A DNA stretch of 64,000 nucleotides from Pseudomonadota bacterium (GCA_021804785.1 JAJZGY010000003.1:57166-121165); one strand, 5' to 3'. Positions 10,090-23,442 are shown, numbered from the stretch's first letter. Notes: generated by a model not told the origin, from the sequence alone. Numbers and translations: made by a program.

Positions 10090-10518
10090 ATGGCGAAGAA
10101 GATTACCGGATATGTAAAGCTGCAGGTTCCTGCCGGCAGTGCCAACCCTTCGCCGCCCATCGGGCCGGCGCTGGGTCAGCGTGGCCTTAATATTATGGAA
10201 TTCTGCAAGGCGTTTAATGCCAAGACCCAGGACCAAGAGAAGGGTATGCCGATCCCGGTGACGATCACCGTGTTCTCGGATAAGTCCTTTACCTTCGAGA
10301 TGAAGACCCCGCCTGCGTCCTATTTTCTCAAGAAGGCGGCCAAGGTCGATGGCGGCTCCAAGGCGCCTGGACGGGATTTCAAGGGTAGCGTGACCCGTGA
10401 TCAGGTGCGCCAAATTGCGGAAGCTAAGATGAATGACCTGAATGCCAACGACATCGATGCAGCGATATTGATGATCGAAGGATCTGCGCGCTCGATGGGT
10501 ATTGAGGTGAAGGGGTAG
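10090..10518 (+). CDS. rplK: 50S ribosomal protein L11
   Basis: [23 protein letters not shown]. Confidence 0.99.
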   Translation: MAKKITGYVKLQVPAGSANPSPPIGPALGQRGLNIMEFCKAFNAKTQDQEKGMPIPVTITVFSDKSFTFEMKTPPASYFLKKAAKVDGGSKAPGRDFKGSVTRDQVRQIAEAKMNDLNANDIDAAILMIEGSARSMGIEVKG

Positions 10519-10521
10519 ATC

Positions 10522-11229
10522 ATGGCGAAGCAATCTAAGCGTTATCTCAAAGCTGCCGATGGTCTTGATGCGACCAAGGTTTACCCGCTCGACGAAGCGG
10601 TGAAGATGGTGAAGGCGAGGTCCAGCGCGAAATTTGACGAGACCGTGGAAATTGCCGTGAATCTTGGCGTCGATCCGCGCCATGCAGACCAGATGGTCCG
10701 TGGCGTGGTATCTCTTCCCAACGGTACGGGTCGCAGTCTCAGGGTTGCAGTATTCGCCAAGGGGCCGAAGGCTGAGGAAGCCAAGAAGGCGGGCGCCGAT
10801 ATAGTTGGCGCCGATGATTTGGCCGAGCAGGTCCAGAAGGGTGAAATCAACTTTGATCGCTGCATCGCTACCCCGGACATGATGGGCGTGGTGGGGCGCC
10901 TGGGTAAGGTGCTGGGCCCGCGTGGCCTGATGCCAAATCCGAAGGTGGGAACCGTGACCATGGACGTCACCAATGCCATCAAGGACGCCAAGGGCGGTGC
11001 GGTTGAGTTCCGTGTTGAGAAGGCAGGCATCGTTCAGGCCGGTGTGGGCAAGGCCAGCTTCGCCGATCAGGCGCTCGTGGAGAACATTAAGAGTTTCGTG
11101 GATGGTGTGATCAAGGCCCGTCCGAGCGGCGCCAAGGGAACCTATGTTAAGCGTGTATCACTGAGTTCGACGATGGGGCCGGGGCTTAGCGTTGCGCTGA
11201 ACACGGTCAGTGATGGACCGGTGATGTAA
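10522..11229 (+). CDS. rplA: 50S ribosomal protein L1
   Basis: [39 protein letters not shown]. Confidence 0.99.
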   Translation: MAKQSKRYLKAADGLDATKVYPLDEAVKMVKARSSAKFDETVEIAVNLGVDPRHADQMVRGVVSLPNGTGRSLRVAVFAKGPKAEEAKKAGADIVGADDLAEQVQKGEINFDRCIATPDMMGVVGRLGKVLGPRGLMPNPKVGTVTMDVTNAIKDAKGGAVEFRVEKAGIVQAGVGKASFADQALVENIKSFVDGVIKARPSGAKGTYVKRVSLSSTMGPGLSVALNTVSDGPVM

Positions 11230-11258
11230 TTGGAATTCCGGCGGACGCATCGCCGGAA

Positions 11259-11316
11259 CCTGTCCGAGACTGCGAGTGCCGGTTTATCGGCTTAATGATT
11301 GCTCGCAATAGACAGG
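11259..11316 (+). ncRNA. L10 leader (rplJL autoregulatory RNA)
   Basis: CCTGTC/GACAGG outer stem, AGAC-TGCGAG...TTAAT...CTCGCA-ATAGAC core, located in the rplA-rplJ gap as expected. Confidence 0.75.
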
Positions 11317-11455
11317 GTGATGGGCCGTTTTGTCCTGGTTGAGTCCACGGCAGACGGGTTCGAACCCTGGGGCAGGCCTTCGCGCCGAAAGGACGAAGGA
11401 AACAGCAACAGGGAAGCAGCCGGAGCGTCCCGGATGCCGATAGTAGGAGAGCGTA

Positions 11456-11971
11456 GTGGAAAGAGGCAAAAAGGCCGAGGTCGTCGAAAGCCTTAATGAG
11501 GTTTTCAACGGAGCTGGCTCTGTGGTCGTCGCCCACTACACCGGCCTGACGGTCGCCGAGATGAGCGATCTGCGTGCCCGCATGCGGGCTGCAGGGGCGT
11601 CATTTAAGGTGGCCAAAAACCGTCTGGTCGTGCGCGCTCTTCAAGGAACGGCTGCCGAGCCGATTGCCCATCTGTTCAAGGGTCCGACGGGTATCGCCTA
11701 TTCAAGCGATCCGGTTGCACCGTCGCGGGTGGCAGCGGCTTACGCCAAGGAGAACGACAAACTCGTGATCCTCGGCGGTGTCGTCGGCAAGACGGAACTG
11801 GACGCGAACGGCGTGAAGGCGCTCGCGGAACTGCCGTCGCTCGACGAGTTGAGAGGCAAGATCGCGGGTCTGCTTCAGGCGCCCGCGACCAAGATTGCTG
11901 GGGTTCTTCAAGCCCCCGCCGGCCAGTTGGCCCGCGTCTTGGCGGCCTATTCCGAGAAGACTGCCGCATAG
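11456..11971 (+). CDS. rplJ: 50S ribosomal protein L10
   Basis: [36 protein letters not shown]; GTG start. Confidence 0.98.
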   Translation: MERGKKAEVVESLNEVFNGAGSVVVAHYTGLTVAEMSDLRARMRAAGASFKVAKNRLVVRALQGTAAEPIAHLFKGPTGIAYSSDPVAPSRVAAAYAKENDKLVILGGVVGKTELDANGVKALAELPSLDELRGKIAGLLQAPATKIAGVLQAPAGQLARVLAAYSEKTAA

Positions 11972-12022
11972 GGCTGCGATCAAATCATTGGAATTCGAAC
12001 CCGTTAAAGAAAGAAAGTTACC

Positions 12023-12400
12023 ATGTCGAAGATTGAACAACTTGTAGAAGATCTCTCTGGTCTCACCGTCCTCGAGGCTGCTGAGCTGGCTAAGCTGCTT
12101 GAGGAGAAGTGGGGCGTGTCCGCTGCTGCGCCGGTTGCCATGGCGGCCCCTGCCGCTGCCGGAGCCGCTGCACCTGCAGCCGTCGAGAAAACCGAATTCA
12201 CTGTCGTGCTGGTGGATGCCGGCGACAAAAAGATCAACGTGATCAAGGAAGTCCGTGCCATCACGGGGCTTGGCCTCAAGGAAGCTAAGGACCTGGTGGA
12301 AGGGGCTCCGAAGGACGTCAAGGCCGATGTCTCCAAGGACGAGGCCGCCAAACTTAAGAAGCAGCTCGAAGACGCTGGTGCGAAGGTCGAGCTGAAGTAA
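12023..12400 (+). CDS. rplL: 50S ribosomal protein L7/L12
   Basis: Ala-rich hinge, [24 protein letters not shown]. Confidence 0.99.
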   Translation: MSKIEQLVEDLSGLTVLEAAELAKLLEEKWGVSAAAPVAMAAPAAAGAAAPAAVEKTEFTVVLVDAGDKKINVIKEVRAITGLGLKEAKDLVEGAPKDVKADVSKDEAAKLKKQLEDAGAKVELK

Positions 12401-12584
12401 GGAGGCGTCGCCGGTTGAACTACGGCGCGCGCATACATATTTGCTACACCCACCCCCTCCGGCGGCGAGAGCTACCGGAGGGACGGTGGTTTTCGCTCTT
12501 TTGGGCACTCTACAGATTTCGGGCCGAGGTGCCATGGCGCCATCGGACCGCAACACGCACTGGAACTTGGCAAGGGATCGCGGG

Positions 12585-15500
12585 ATGACGCTTTCATTCA
12601 CCGGACGCAAAAGGCTTCGCAAATATTTCGGCTCCCTCACCGAGGTCGCGCAGATGCCGAACCTCATCGAGGTGCAGAAGACCTCGTATGATCAGTTTCT
12701 TCAGGTCAATAAACTGGCGAACAATACCCGCCTGGATGAGGGGCTGCAGGCGGTCTTTGCGAGCGTTTTTCCGATCAAGGATTTTTCCGAGCACTCGCTG
12801 CTGGAATATGTGGACTATCATTTCGAAGAGCCCAAATACGATGTCGAGGAGTGCCAGCAGCGCTCCATGACTTACGCCGCCCCTCTGAAGGTGACGTTGC
12901 GACTGATCGTGTTCGATGTTGACCCCGAGACCGGGGCAAAGTCGGTCAAGGATATCAAGGAACAAGATGTCTATATGGGTGACATCCCGTTCATGACGGA
13001 AAACGGTACTTTTATCATAAATGGTACCGAGCGAGTGATTGTAAGCCAGATGCACCGCAGCCCAGGTGTCTTTTTCGATCATGACAAGGGAAAGACACAC
13101 TCCAGCGGCAAGCTTCTTTTTGCAGCCCGCGTGATCCCGTACCGCGGTTCGTGGTTGGATTTTGAGTTCGATGCAAAGGACATTATCCATGTGCGCATCG
13201 ATCGCCGCCGAAAGCTGCCTGCTACGGCGCTGCTCTATGCCCTGGGCATGGATCAGGAGAATATCCTCGATTATTTCTATTCAAAGATAGCCTTCAAGCG
13301 CACAAAGGAAGGTTGGCTCACCCCCCTGGAGCCAGGCTGGATGCGTAACGCAAAGGCAACGACCGACTGGACAAATCCCAAGACCGGCGAAGTGCTGGCC
13401 GAGGCCGGCACCAAGATTACGGCTCGCACTCTGCGCAAGTGGGGCGAGGAAGGGATCAAGAGCGTTATGGTCGGCGATGAAGAGCTGATCGGGCGTTATT
13501 CTGCTCTCGACATGGTCAACGTTGAGACTGGAGAAATCTTCGTTGAAGCTGGTGATGAACTGACGCAAGCCGGCCTCAACACTTTACGCGAGTCAGGGTT
13601 CAATGAAATCGATGTGATCAACGTCGATGGTGTCACCATTGGCGCCTATATTCGCAACACGATGGCAGTCGACAAGAATCACAGCCGTGAACAGGCATTG
13701 ATCGATATCTATCGTGTCATGCGTCCTGGTGAGCCGCCAACGCTTGATACTGCGGAAACACTGTTCAACCAGCTGTTCTTTGACTCGGAGCGCTATGATC
13801 TTTCCAGTGTTGGCCGCGTAAAGATGAATATGCGCCTCAGCCTGGACGCCCCTGACACAATGCGTGTCCTGCGCAAAGACGACATCCTCGCCATAGTCAA
13901 GGCGCTAGCGGATCTGCGCGACGGTCGCGGCGAAGTTGACGACATCGACAATCTTGGCAATCGCCGCGTCCGTTCGGTTGGTGAACTGATGGAAAATCAG
14001 TTCCGAGTTGGCCTATTGCGCATGGAACGGGCTATCAAGGAGCGCATGAGTGCGGTTGATATCGACACTGTGATGCCGCATGATCTGATCAACGCCAAGC
14101 CTGTGGCAGCGGCGGTGCGGGAGTTTTTTGGTTCGTCGCAGCTCTCCCAGTTCATGGATCAGACCAATCCCCTGTCAGAGGTCACGCACAAGCGGCGTAT
14201 GTCGGCGCTGGGGCCGGGCGGTCTGACCCGTGAGCGCGCTGGGTTCGAAGTACGAGACGTGCACCCGACGCATTATGGCCGTATCTGCCCAATTGAGACG
14301 CCCGAAGGTCCGAATATCGGCCTCATCAATTCTCTGGCCACCTATGCTCGGGTAAATAAATACGGCTTTATTGAAAGTCCTTACCGGAAAGTTTCCGACA
14401 AGCGCGTGACTGACGAGGTGATCTACCTGTCGGCCATGGAGGAGGCGAAGTACACGATTGCCCAGGCCAATGCGACCATCGACAGCAAGGGTCGAATGGT
14501 TGATGAGCTGGTCTCCTGCCGGCGTGGCGGGAATTTCGTGATGACCACGCCTGACCAGGTCGAATTCATTGACGTTTCGCCCAAGCAGTTAGTGTCGGTC
14601 GCGGCGGCATTGGTCCCCTTCCTGGAGAACGACGACGCAAACCGCGCGCTGATGGGGTCCAACATGCAGCGGCAGGCGGTACCGCTTCTGCAACCAGAGG
14701 CTCCTCTGGTGGGAACCGGCATGGAGGACGTAGTGGCACGCGACTCTGGTTCGGCTATTGCCGCCCGTCGCTCCGGCGTTGTTGATCAGGTTGACGCTAC
14801 CCGTATCGTGGTGCGCGCCACCGAAGAGACGGATCCCACCAAGCCCGGAATTGACATCTATCGCCTCAAGAAATTCCAACGCTCCAATCAGTCGACTTGT
14901 ATCAATCAGCGTCCTCTGGTGAAAGTTGGTAATCAGGTGACCAAGGGTGACATCATTGCGGATGGTCCCTCCACGCAGCTGGGGGATCTTGCCTTAGGCA
15001 AGAACGTACTCGTCGCCTTTATGCCGTGGAATGGTTACAATTTCGAGGACTCTATCCTCATCTCCGAACGCATCGTGCGCGACGATGTCTTCACCTCGAT
15101 CCATATCGAAGAATTCGAGACTATGGCGCGTGATACCAAGCTCGGGCCGGAGGAAATCACCCGGGATATTCCCAATGTCGGTGAGGAAAGCCTGAAGAAC
15201 CTCGACGAGGCGGGTATCGTTTACATCGGCGCGGAGGTCAATGCTGGAGACATCCTTGTGGGCAAGGTAACACCCAAGGGCGAGACTCCGATGACGCCGG
15301 AGGAAAAGCTGCTGCGTGCGATCTTCGGCGAGAAGGCAGCCGATGTGCGTGACACGTCTTTGCGGGTGCCGCCGGGTGTCACCGGCACGATTGTAGAAGT
15401 ACGAGTCTTCAACCGGCATGGCGTTGACAAGGACCAACGTGCACTTGCGATCGAGCGGGCTGAAGAGGAACGCCTTGCCGAAGACCGTGACGACGAGCTG

Positions 15501-16667
15501 GTCATCCTGGAGCGCAACATTTTCGCGCGTCTTTCGGAGATATTGTTGGGCAAGACCGCTGCGTCAGGTCCCAAGGGACTGGCTGCGGAAACCAAGATCG
15601 TGCAAAGCGTACTGGATGCGATCCCGCGCCATCAGTGGTGGCAGATCGGACTGCGTAATGACAAGGCGATGGCAGAGATTGAGGCTTTGCGCAGGCAGTA
15701 TGATGATGCCAAGCAACTCCTCGATAAGCGTTTCGCCGACAAGGTCGAGAAGCTGCGTCGGGGCGATGAACTGGCTCCTGGTGTCATGAAGATGGTGAAG
15801 GTGTGTGTCGCGGGGAAGCGCAAGCTGCAGCCCGGTGACAAAATGGCTGGCCGCCATGGCAACAAAGGCGTTATCAGCCGCATTTTGCCGATTGAGGACA
15901 TGCCCTATCTGGAAGATGGCACGTCGGTTGATATTGTGCTCAATCCGCTGGGTGTGCCGTCCCGCATGAATGTGGGCCAGATTCTTGAGACCCATTTGGG
16001 TTGGGCCTGTGCCGGTCTTGGACGTCAGATCGGTGATGTCGTCGACCGCGTCAAGCGGGAGAAGCGAGCGGAGCCGCTGCGACACGCACTGAAAGAGGTG
16101 TATGGCGATGATGCTCGTCTGCGCGAATTGGACGACGAGGGACTGCTGGAACTTGGACAAAACCTGCGTGCAGGTGTTCCGATCGCCACGCCAGTGTTCG
16201 ACGGGGCCAAGGAGCGGGATATCGTCGACATGCTCAGCCAGGCCGGTCTCAATGAGAGTGGCCAGGTCACGCTCTACGACGGACGTACCGGCGATGCATT
16301 CCGTCGGCAGGTGACAGTTGGCTACATCTATATGCTCAAACTGCATCACCTTGTTGATGACAAGATCCACGCGCGCTCGATAGGACCCTATTCGCTGGTG
16401 ACGCAGCAGCCTCTGGGTGGTAAGGCCCAGTTTGGCGGACAACGCTTTGGTGAAATGGAAGTGTGGGCGCTTGAGGCCTACGGTGCGGCTTACACACTAC
16501 AGGAGATCTTGACGGTTAAGTCCGATGACGTCGCCGGACGCACCAAGGTCTACGAGGCGATTGTGCGCGGCGAAGACACGTTCGAGGCGGGTATTCCCGA
16601 AAGCTTCAACGTGCTCGTCAAGGAAATGCGTTCGCTCGGACTCAATGTGGAACTTCTGAACGGATAA
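12585..16667 (+). CDS. rpoB: RNA polymerase beta subunit
   Basis: [50 protein letters not shown]; start at ATG 12585 ([10 protein letters not shown]). Confidence 0.99.
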   Translation: MTLSFTGRKRLRKYFGSLTEVAQMPNLIEVQKTSYDQFLQVNKLANNTRLDEGLQAVFASVFPIKDFSEHSLLEYVDYHFEEPKYDVEECQQRSMTYAAPLKVTLRLIVFDVDPETGAKSVKDIKEQDVYMGDIPFMTENGTFIINGTERVIVSQMHRSPGVFFDHDKGKTHSSGKLLFAARVIPYRGSWLDFEFDAKDIIHVRIDRRRKLPATALLYALGMDQENILDYFYSKIAFKRTKEGWLTPLEPGWMRNAKATTDWTNPKTGEVLAEAGTKITARTLRKWGEEGIKSVMVGDEELIGRYSALDMVNVETGEIFVEAGDELTQAGLNTLRESGFNEIDVINVDGVTIGAYIRNTMAVDKNHSREQALIDIYRVMRPGEPPTLDTAETLFNQLFFDSERYDLSSVGRVKMNMRLSLDAPDTMRVLRKDDILAIVKALADLRDGRGEVDDIDNLGNRRVRSVGELMENQFRVGLLRMERAIKERMSAVDIDTVMPHDLINAKPVAAAVREFFGSSQLSQFMDQTNPLSEVTHKRRMSALGPGGLTRERAGFEVRDVHPTHYGRICPIETPEGPNIGLINSLATYARVNKYGFIESPYRKVSDKRVTDEVIYLSAMEEAKYTIAQANATIDSKGRMVDELVSCRRGGNFVMTTPDQVEFIDVSPKQLVSVAAALVPFLENDDANRALMGSNMQRQAVPLLQPEAPLVGTGMEDVVARDSGSAIAARRSGVVDQVDATRIVVRATEETDPTKPGIDIYRLKKFQRSNQSTCINQRPLVKVGNQVTKGDIIADGPSTQLGDLALGKNVLVAFMPWNGYNFEDSILISERIVRDDVFTSIHIEEFETMARDTKLGPEEITRDIPNVGEESLKNLDEAGIVYIGAEVNAGDILVGKVTPKGETPMTPEEKLLRAIFGEKAADVRDTSLRVPPGVTGTIVEVRVFNRHGVDKDQRALAIERAEEERLAEDRDDELVILERNIFARLSEILLGKTAASGPKGLAAETKIVQSVLDAIPRHQWWQIGLRNDKAMAEIEALRRQYDDAKQLLDKRFADKVEKLRRGDELAPGVMKMVKVCVAGKRKLQPGDKMAGRHGNKGVISRILPIEDMPYLEDGTSVDIVLNPLGVPSRMNVGQILETHLGWACAGLGRQIGDVVDRVKREKRAEPLRHALKEVYGDDARLRELDDEGLLELGQNLRAGVPIATPVFDGAKERDIVDMLSQAGLNESGQVTLYDGRTGDAFRRQVTVGYIYMLKLHHLVDDKIHARSIGPYSLVTQQPLGGKAQFGGQRFGEMEVWALEAYGAAYTLQEILTVKSDDVAGRTKVYEAIVRGEDTFEAGIPESFNVLVKEMRSLGLNVELLNG

Positions 16668-16722
16668 TCGTGGCAACTGCCTTGTGCTGCGAGATCACTG
16701 TTATCGAAAGAAAGGCTCGGTA

Positions 16723-19700
16723 ATGAACCAAGAGCTCTTGAATGTTTTCTCCACCGGTAAAGAGGTACCAACCTTCGACCGGATCAAGATTTCGCTAGCC
16801 AGCCCGGATCAGATCCTGCGCTGGAGCCATGGGGAAATCAAAAAGCCGGAAACGATTAATTACCGGACGTTCAAGCCGGAACGGGACGGACTTTTCTGCG
16901 CCCGCATTTTTGGACCGGTCAAGGACTACGAGTGCTTGTGCGGCAAGTATAAGCGCATGAAGTACAAGGGTATCGTCTGCGAGAAATGCGGCGTCGAGGT
17001 GACCGTTCAGAAAGTACGCCGTGACCGTATGGGTCATATCGAATTGGCGTCACCGGTTGCGCATATCTGGTTCCTGAAGTCGCTGCCCAGCCGCATTGGC
17101 CTGATGCTTGACATGACGCTCAAGGATCTTGAGCGGGTTCTGTATTTTGAAAACTATGTTGTAATCGAGCCAGGCTTGACGCCTCTTAAGGAACGTCAGC
17201 TGCTCACCGAGGATGAGTACTACCGTGCTCAGGACGAGTACGGTGAAGACAGCTTTACCGCCATGATCGGCGCGGAGGCCGTCCGTTCTCTACTCTCGGC
17301 GATTGATCTCGAGAAGCTGCGCGATGAGCTGCGCCGGGAAATTGCAACCTGCAATGGCGGTGAGAAGCCCAAGAAGTTGGTCAAACGCCTCAAGGTGGTT
17401 GAGGCGTTTATTGACTCTGGCAATCGTCCCGAGTGGATGATCCTGACCGTTATTCCGGTTATTCCGCCAGAGCTACGGCCCCTCGTTCCGCTGGACGGAG
17501 GACGCTTTGCGACCTCGGATCTTAATGATCTGTATCGGCGGGTGATCAACCGTAACAATCGTCTCAAGCGTCTGATGGAGCTGAAGGCGCCTGACATCAT
17601 CGTGCGCAATGAAAAGCGGATGCTGCAGGAGTCGGTTGACGCGCTGTTTGACAATGGCCGCCGTGGACGGGTGATTACCGGCGCTAACAAGCGGCCGCTT
17701 AAATCGTTGGCGGACATGCTTAAGGGCAAGCAGGGGCGGTTCCGGCAAAACCTGCTCGGCAAGCGCGTCGACTATTCGGGTCGCTCCGTAATCGTTGTGG
17801 GTCCGGAGCTAAAGCTTCATCAGTGTGGGCTGCCGAAAAAAATGGCGCTCGAATTGTTTAAGCCCTTCATCTACTCCCGTCTCGAAGCGAAGGGATTTTC
17901 TCAGACTGTTAAACAGTCAAAGAAGCTGGTGGAGAAGGAAAAGCCGGAGGTTTGGGACATCTTAGAAGAGGTGATCCGCGAGCATCCGGTTCTACTCAAT
18001 CGCGCACCGACTCTACATCGCCTTGGCATTCAGGCTTTTGAACCTGTGCTGATCGAAGGCAAAGCCATTCAGCTTCATCCGCTAGTTTGCACAGCCTTCA
18101 ATGCGGACTTCGACGGCGACCAGATGGCGGTGCATGTTCCGTTGAGCCTTGAGGCGCAGCTGGAAGCTCGCGTACTCATGATGTCGACAAACAACATTCT
18201 AAGCCCGGCCAATGGCAAGCCGATCATTGTACCGACCCAGGACATCGTTCTCGGATTATATTATCTAAGCCAAGAGCGCGAAAATGAACCGGGCGAAGGC
18301 ATGGTGTTCAATGACATCGGGGAAATTGAGCACGCGCTGTTCTGCGGTGCCGTTACCCTGCATACCAAGATAGAATCGCGCTACCGGACGGTTAACGACA
18401 AGGGGGAGGCAGTGACGCTGCGCGTGAAGTCCACGCCCGGTCGTATGATTGTTGCGGAAATCCTTCCTCGTCACAGGTTGGTGCCGTTTGAACTGGTAAA
18501 TCGTTTGCTTCGTAAGCAGGAAATCAGTCATCTCATCGATGTTGTCTACCGGCATTGCGGCCAGAAGGAGACCGTACTGTTCGCGGATGCATTGATGACG
18601 CTGGGCTTTAGGGAAGCCTGCAAGGCAGGCATTTCCTTTGGCAAGGACGACATGGTCGTCCCGGCCGCAAAGCACACGCTGATCGAGGAAACGCGCCATC
18701 GTGTGCGTGAATACGAACAGCAATATCTGGACGGTCTGACTACCGACAAAGAGAAGTACAATCTCGTGGTTGACACCTGGTCCAAGTGCACGGATCAGGT
18801 CGCGGCTGAGATGATGAAGGAAATCTCTGAGCCTAAGGTTGATCCCGATACCGGCCGTATCATGGAGATGAATTCCATCTACATGATGAGCCATTCTGGC
18901 GCGCGCGGCAGCCCTCAGCAGATGAAGCAGCTCGCTGGTATGCGTGGCCTCATGGCAAAGCCGTCAGGTGAGATCATCGAGACGCCTATTCTCTCCAACT
19001 TCAAGGAGGGATTAACGGTGCTCGAATACTTCAACTCGACTCATGGCGCACGCAAAGGACTGGCTGATACGGCCCTCAAGACGGCGAACTCGGGGTATCT
19101 CACCCGGCGGCTGGTGGACGTGGCCAATGACTGCATCATAACGGCTGACGATTGTGGCACCAAGCATGGTGTTACGGTGCAGGCGGAAATCGATGGCGGT
19201 CAAGTTGTGTCATCACTTGCTGAACGCATTTTGGGCAGGACAACAGCGGAGGATGTGCGTAATCCGGATACCGGTGAAGTCATCATTAAGCGTGACCGTG
19301 AGGTGACGGAAGATATCGCCGAACGTATCGAGGAGGCACACGTTCAGAGAGTGCGTGTGCGGTCGGTGTTGTCGTGTGAACTTAAGGAAGGCGTTTGCGC
19401 CAAATGTTATGGACGTGATCTCGCGCGTGGAACCCCGGTCAATATCGGTGAGGCGGTTGGCGTTATTGCCGCCCAGTCGATTGGTGAACCGGGAACGCAG
19501 CTCACGATGCGTACCTTCCATATTGGCGGTGCCGCCCAGTTTGCCGGTCAGTCCAAAATCGAGGCCTCCTATGACGGCACGATCAAAATCAATAATCGCA
19601 ATGTGGTGAAAAACTCCGAAGGCGAATTGATCGCGATGGGTCGCAATATGCAGGTCCTTATTCTTGATCCAAAGGGACAGGAGCGGGCTTCTTATCGCAT

Positions 19701-20925
19701 CACCTATGGTGCGCGGCTAAAGTTGGACGAGGGCGCGACAGTGAAGCGTGGTGACCGTTTGGCGGAATGGAACCCCAATGCGTTGCCGGTGTTGACGGAG
19801 GTTGATGGCCTCGCAAAGTTCGAGGATCTGGTCTCGGGCATCTCCATGAAGGAAGTGGCCGACGAAAAGACCGGCGTTACCAATCGCGTGGTGATGGATA
19901 GTCGCGGCGCTGGTTCGAAATCACAGGATTTGCGTCCAGCGATCGTCATCACTGACAAGAAGGGTCAAGTTGTTACTCTTCCAGGGAACGTTGAGGCGCG
20001 GTATGGGCTCACTGTTGACGCCATTCTGTCGGTTGAGGAAGGCGTTGAGGTGAAAGCGGGTGACGTTTTGGCCCGTTTGCCTACCGAAGGCGCCAAGACG
20101 CGCGATATCACCGGTGGTCTGCCGCGTGTGGCCGAGCTGTTCGAGGCGCGCAAGCCCAAGGAATGCGCGGTTTTGGCTGAGGTCGATGGCTTCGTCGAGT
20201 TCGGTAAAGATTACAAGAACAAGCGCCGGATCATCATTCGCCCTAAGGACGAGAGGCTGGAACCAGTTGAATACCTGATACCCAAGGGTAAGCATGTGTC
20301 CGTGCGTGAAGGCGACTATCTGGAAAAGGGCGACTACATCGTCGAAGGTAACCCCAGCCCGCATGATATCTTGCGCATCAAGGGTATTGAGGAATTGGCG
20401 AGCTACCTCGTCAAGGAAATCCAGGACGTCTATCGACTGCAGGGCGTGAAGATCAACGATAAGCATATTGAGGTTATCGTCCGGCAGATGATGCAGAAGC
20501 AGGAGATTCTTGATGGTGGGGAGACAACCCTGCTTGCAGGTGAGCAGGTTGATCTCAGTGAACTCGATGATGCGAATCGTCGGGCCGAGCGTGAGGGATT
20601 GAAGCTTGCAGTGGGAAGGCCAGTACTTCTGGGTATTACCAAGGCCAGTCTTCAGACGCGTTCGGTGTTCTCTGCCGCATCGTTCCAGGAAACAACACGG
20701 GTACTCACTGACGCGGCGGTCAATGGCAAGGTCGATACCCTGGAGGGCTTGAAGGAAAACGTCATCGTTGGCCGCCTCATACCGGCTGGTACAGGTGGAG
20801 CGGTGGCGCGGTTGCGCCATATTGCGCAGGAGCGTGATCGTGCCATTCAGGCCGAACGTGGCGAACTCGAGCCGGTGCCTCAACTGGAGGGCCCCTCAGA
20901 GTCAAAGTCGGAAGCGGCTGAGTAA
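16723..20925 (+). CDS. rpoC: RNA polymerase beta' subunit
   Basis: Zn-finger CLCGKYK..CEKC, catalytic NADFDGDQM; start at ATG 16723. Confidence 0.99.
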   Translation: MNQELLNVFSTGKEVPTFDRIKISLASPDQILRWSHGEIKKPETINYRTFKPERDGLFCARIFGPVKDYECLCGKYKRMKYKGIVCEKCGVEVTVQKVRRDRMGHIELASPVAHIWFLKSLPSRIGLMLDMTLKDLERVLYFENYVVIEPGLTPLKERQLLTEDEYYRAQDEYGEDSFTAMIGAEAVRSLLSAIDLEKLRDELRREIATCNGGEKPKKLVKRLKVVEAFIDSGNRPEWMILTVIPVIPPELRPLVPLDGGRFATSDLNDLYRRVINRNNRLKRLMELKAPDIIVRNEKRMLQESVDALFDNGRRGRVITGANKRPLKSLADMLKGKQGRFRQNLLGKRVDYSGRSVIVVGPELKLHQCGLPKKMALELFKPFIYSRLEAKGFSQTVKQSKKLVEKEKPEVWDILEEVIREHPVLLNRAPTLHRLGIQAFEPVLIEGKAIQLHPLVCTAFNADFDGDQMAVHVPLSLEAQLEARVLMMSTNNILSPANGKPIIVPTQDIVLGLYYLSQERENEPGEGMVFNDIGEIEHALFCGAVTLHTKIESRYRTVNDKGEAVTLRVKSTPGRMIVAEILPRHRLVPFELVNRLLRKQEISHLIDVVYRHCGQKETVLFADALMTLGFREACKAGISFGKDDMVVPAAKHTLIEETRHRVREYEQQYLDGLTTDKEKYNLVVDTWSKCTDQVAAEMMKEISEPKVDPDTGRIMEMNSIYMMSHSGARGSPQQMKQLAGMRGLMAKPSGEIIETPILSNFKEGLTVLEYFNSTHGARKGLADTALKTANSGYLTRRLVDVANDCIITADDCGTKHGVTVQAEIDGGQVVSSLAERILGRTTAEDVRNPDTGEVIIKRDREVTEDIAERIEEAHVQRVRVRSVLSCELKEGVCAKCYGRDLARGTPVNIGEAVGVIAAQSIGEPGTQLTMRTFHIGGAAQFAGQSKIEASYDGTIKINNRNVVKNSEGELIAMGRNMQVLILDPKGQERASYRITYGARLKLDEGATVKRGDRLAEWNPNALPVLTEVDGLAKFEDLVSGISMKEVADEKTGVTNRVVMDSRGAGSKSQDLRPAIVITDKKGQVVTLPGNVEARYGLTVDAILSVEEGVEVKAGDVLARLPTEGAKTRDITGGLPRVAELFEARKPKECAVLAEVDGFVEFGKDYKNKRRIIIRPKDERLEPVEYLIPKGKHVSVREGDYLEKGDYIVEGNPSPHDILRIKGIEELASYLVKEIQDVYRLQGVKINDKHIEVIVRQMMQKQEILDGGETTLLAGEQVDLSELDDANRRAEREGLKLAVGRPVLLGITKASLQTRSVFSAASFQETTRVLTDAAVNGKVDTLEGLKENVIVGRLIPAGTGGAVARLRHIAQERDRAIQAERGELEPVPQLEGPSESKSEAAE

Positions 20926-20949
20926 CCAGCCGTCAAGTCAAGTCTCGTC

Positions 20950-20979
20950 AAAGGGTCGGTGGCAGCACCGGCCCTTTTT
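20950..20979 (+). terminator. Rho-independent terminator after rpoC
   Basis: AAAGGGTCGGTG-GCAG-CACCGGCCCTTT stem-loop followed by a T-run. Confidence 0.85.
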
Positions 20980-21152
20980 CGTTAGAGCATCGAACGTGCA
21001 AAATGGGAGGCAGGTTGAAGATCAGTACGATATCCTGCGTTCATGAACATCGCCTGCTGAATACGGCGACGGACGTTGAAACGACATACCTCGGCACTTT
21101 AGGGGTGGAACGTATAATGCCTGGCTGTGACCAATCGAATGAGGCAGAGGCG

Positions 21153-22586
21153 ATGATCAAGCTGCACGGCTGGGACCGCGCAGCGGCGCGCAGTGGTGTG
21201 TTGGATGGCAAGTTCCTCATCGGAGTGCTCACAACGGGCATCTATTGTCTACCGTCCTGTCCTGCGCGGCCGCCAAAAGCGGAGAACGTCAAGCTATTTG
21301 GTTGTGAGTCCGATGCAATCTCCGCGGGGCTGAGAGCTTGCAAACGCTGCAGACCAGACCTTTATAATCGCGGTGAAGATAGCGATCTGCAATTATTTGA
21401 TGGGCTGATTGAGCGTGTACGTAAAGCTCCACAGGACTATGCAGATTCCAAAGCGCTTGCTCGCGCTTGTGGTGTTCGGTCAACTAAGCTTGGTGAATTG
21501 TTTCGGGCGCACGCGCACATGACACCCGCAGCGTTTTTGCGTCGTGAGCGTGTAAGGAGAGCATGTGACCGCTTATTGGAAGAACATGATGGAGTAGTCG
21601 AGGTTGGACTGGAAGCCGGATTTGAAAGTGAATCGGCATTCCATCGTCAGTTTGTTGCGCATACGCGAATGACACCCGGTGCGTGGCGGGCGCTAAAGAG
21701 CTCGAACGTTTTTCTTCTTCACCTGCCTCCAGCTTATAAGTCCAACGAAGTATTGGCTTATCATGCGCGGGATCAACAAAGTCCTTGTGAGCGCGTCAAC
21801 GGCCTTCGCATCTGCAAGGCGCTCGAGTTGCAGGAGGGGACTGCGGTGCTGGAAATCTCTCTGGAATGCGAAGGTGCGTGGTGCCGTGTGTATCCTGAAA
21901 CCGCACGCTCTGTTCAGAGTATGCGCTTTGTGCATGCCAGTGCGATGAGGATGTTGGGTCTCTGTTGTGAAGTGGAAGGTATTGAGGCGCGCATGTCCAG
22001 AAATGAAAGTTGTGCGTCCTTGTTCAAAATACGTCCTGGTTTGCGACTGGCATTGGTACCAAATGGGTTTGACGCATTATGCTGGGCAATTATTGGTCAA
22101 CAAATAAATGTTGCGTTTGCCGCTTCATTACGACGGGAGCTCATTGAGCTTGCAGGTGAAAGAATTGGCGACATGCGCGCTCACCCGTCACCGGAACGCG
22201 TTGCGGACATCGAATGGCATAGTCTGACGTCTCGCCGTTATTCACGTTCAAAGGCTGAATATGTGACGATGGCAGCTGCGGCTGTGGCTCGTGGAGATAT
22301 TGATCTTGAGGATTTGCCTAACGGATCGGCGGTTGCGGCTGAGAAGTCTTTAACAGCGTTACGCGGAGTCGGCCGGTGGACCGCTGGATATCAGATGCTG
22401 CGGACGGGATTTGCGGACGCCATGCCAGTCGGCGATGTAGCGCTTGCAGCTGCCCTCACTCGTTGGCAAAGATTGGATGAACGGCCAAGTCATGAGCAAG
22501 TTATTGGCATGATGAGTAGGTTTGCACCCTTCCGTGCACTGGCAACCGCCCATTTGTGGGCCAGTCTTCGACAGGAGGCCGCATGA
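21153..22586 (+). CDS. Ada-type Zn domain / AraC HTH / AlkA DNA-3-methyladenine glycosylase fusion
   Basis: GIYCLPSCPARPPKAENV...RACKRC (Ada-N four Cys), GFESESAFHRQF (AraC), AIIGQQINV and GVGRWTA..D (HhH-GPD). Confidence 0.93.
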   Translation: MIKLHGWDRAAARSGVLDGKFLIGVLTTGIYCLPSCPARPPKAENVKLFGCESDAISAGLRACKRCRPDLYNRGEDSDLQLFDGLIERVRKAPQDYADSKALARACGVRSTKLGELFRAHAHMTPAAFLRRERVRRACDRLLEEHDGVVEVGLEAGFESESAFHRQFVAHTRMTPGAWRALKSSNVFLLHLPPAYKSNEVLAYHARDQQSPCERVNGLRICKALELQEGTAVLEISLECEGAWCRVYPETARSVQSMRFVHASAMRMLGLCCEVEGIEARMSRNESCASLFKIRPGLRLALVPNGFDALCWAIIGQQINVAFAASLRRELIELAGERIGDMRAHPSPERVADIEWHSLTSRRYSRSKAEYVTMAAAAVARGDIDLEDLPNGSAVAAEKSLTALRGVGRWTAGYQMLRTGFADAMPVGDVALAAALTRWQRLDERPSHEQVIGMMSRFAPFRALATAHLWASLRQEAA

Positions 22587-23086
22587 GCGATGTGTTATAT
22601 TGGGCACCTATTACGAGTTGCTTAGGGCGTTTCGCCGCGACAGTTGATGCAATGGGACGACTTTTGAGCTTTGATTTGAGGGCTTGCACGGTTGCGCCGA
22701 ATGGGACCCGTGAAGATCGCGCGGCATTAGCCGATATCCAGCAACAGATTTCAGAGTACGAGAACGGCTCACGCCGCAACTTTGATGTCGTCCGAGCTGC
22801 CCGAGGAACCCCCTGGCAGATGCGCGTGTGGGACGCGTTGTGCGAGATACCTTATGGCGCTACGTGGTCTTACGGTGCCCTTGCGAAGGCTCTGGGCAAG
22901 CCCAAATCGGCGCGTGCGGTTGGGCTTGCCAACGGACAAAACCCGATCGGATTGATTGTGCCGTGCCACCGGGTGATAGGCGCCAATGGCAGTCTGACCG
23001 GATACGGCGGTGGCTTGCCACTTAAGCGCGCATTGCTGGAGCATGAGGCCCGGCACGGAGGACGTCGCGACAGCCTATTTGGATAA
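22583..23086 (+). CDS. ogt: Methylated-DNA-protein-cysteine methyltransferase
   Basis: IPYGATWSYG, ARAVG, active site VPCHRVIG; ATGA overlap with the upstream stop. Confidence 0.95.
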   Translation: MSDVLYWAPITSCLGRFAATVDAMGRLLSFDLRACTVAPNGTREDRAALADIQQQISEYENGSRRNFDVVRAARGTPWQMRVWDALCEIPYGATWSYGALAKALGKPKSARAVGLANGQNPIGLIVPCHRVIGANGSLTGYGGGLPLKRALLEHEARHGGRRDSLFG

Positions 23087-23442
23087 TTTGCCCATGGGGT
23101 ATTTGGCGTGAAATCTTGAGATGAGCCAAATGCGTGCTCCTGTTACGAGCGATGACATTCCCGCTTATGCGAAAGGGCTAGCCTGAGTCTTAGGCCGCCT
23201 ACTTCATTTGGGCGCGCAGTTTCCGCTTTATGCCAGGTTTGGTGTTTTGAGGTGGCGCACGCTGTTTGGGGCTGAACATGAAGCGTGTGGCCGTGGCTGG
23301 TGCAAACGTATAAGGCGCGACGCGCCCGTGGTCGCCGTCGCGGACGGGACTGTCCCGTACCGCCATGATATTATTGTCAAATCAGACATTCGCGCGACGG
23401 GATGGACTCATCATAAGATTGCCAAAAAGGGGAGGCTGTACC

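Noticed and set aside
9577-10683. Long antisense ORFs over core genes (also 15564-16442, 19921-20883, 31464-32570)
   Set aside because: Shadow frames of strongly codon-biased GC-rich genes (nusG/rplK, rpoB, rpoC, rplV/rpsC), with no independent motifs.
23087-23442. Small ORFs in the ogt-MAPEG gap (92 aa on +; about 55 and 53 aa on -)
   Set aside because: No recognisable motif, RBS or convincing structure; left unannotated.
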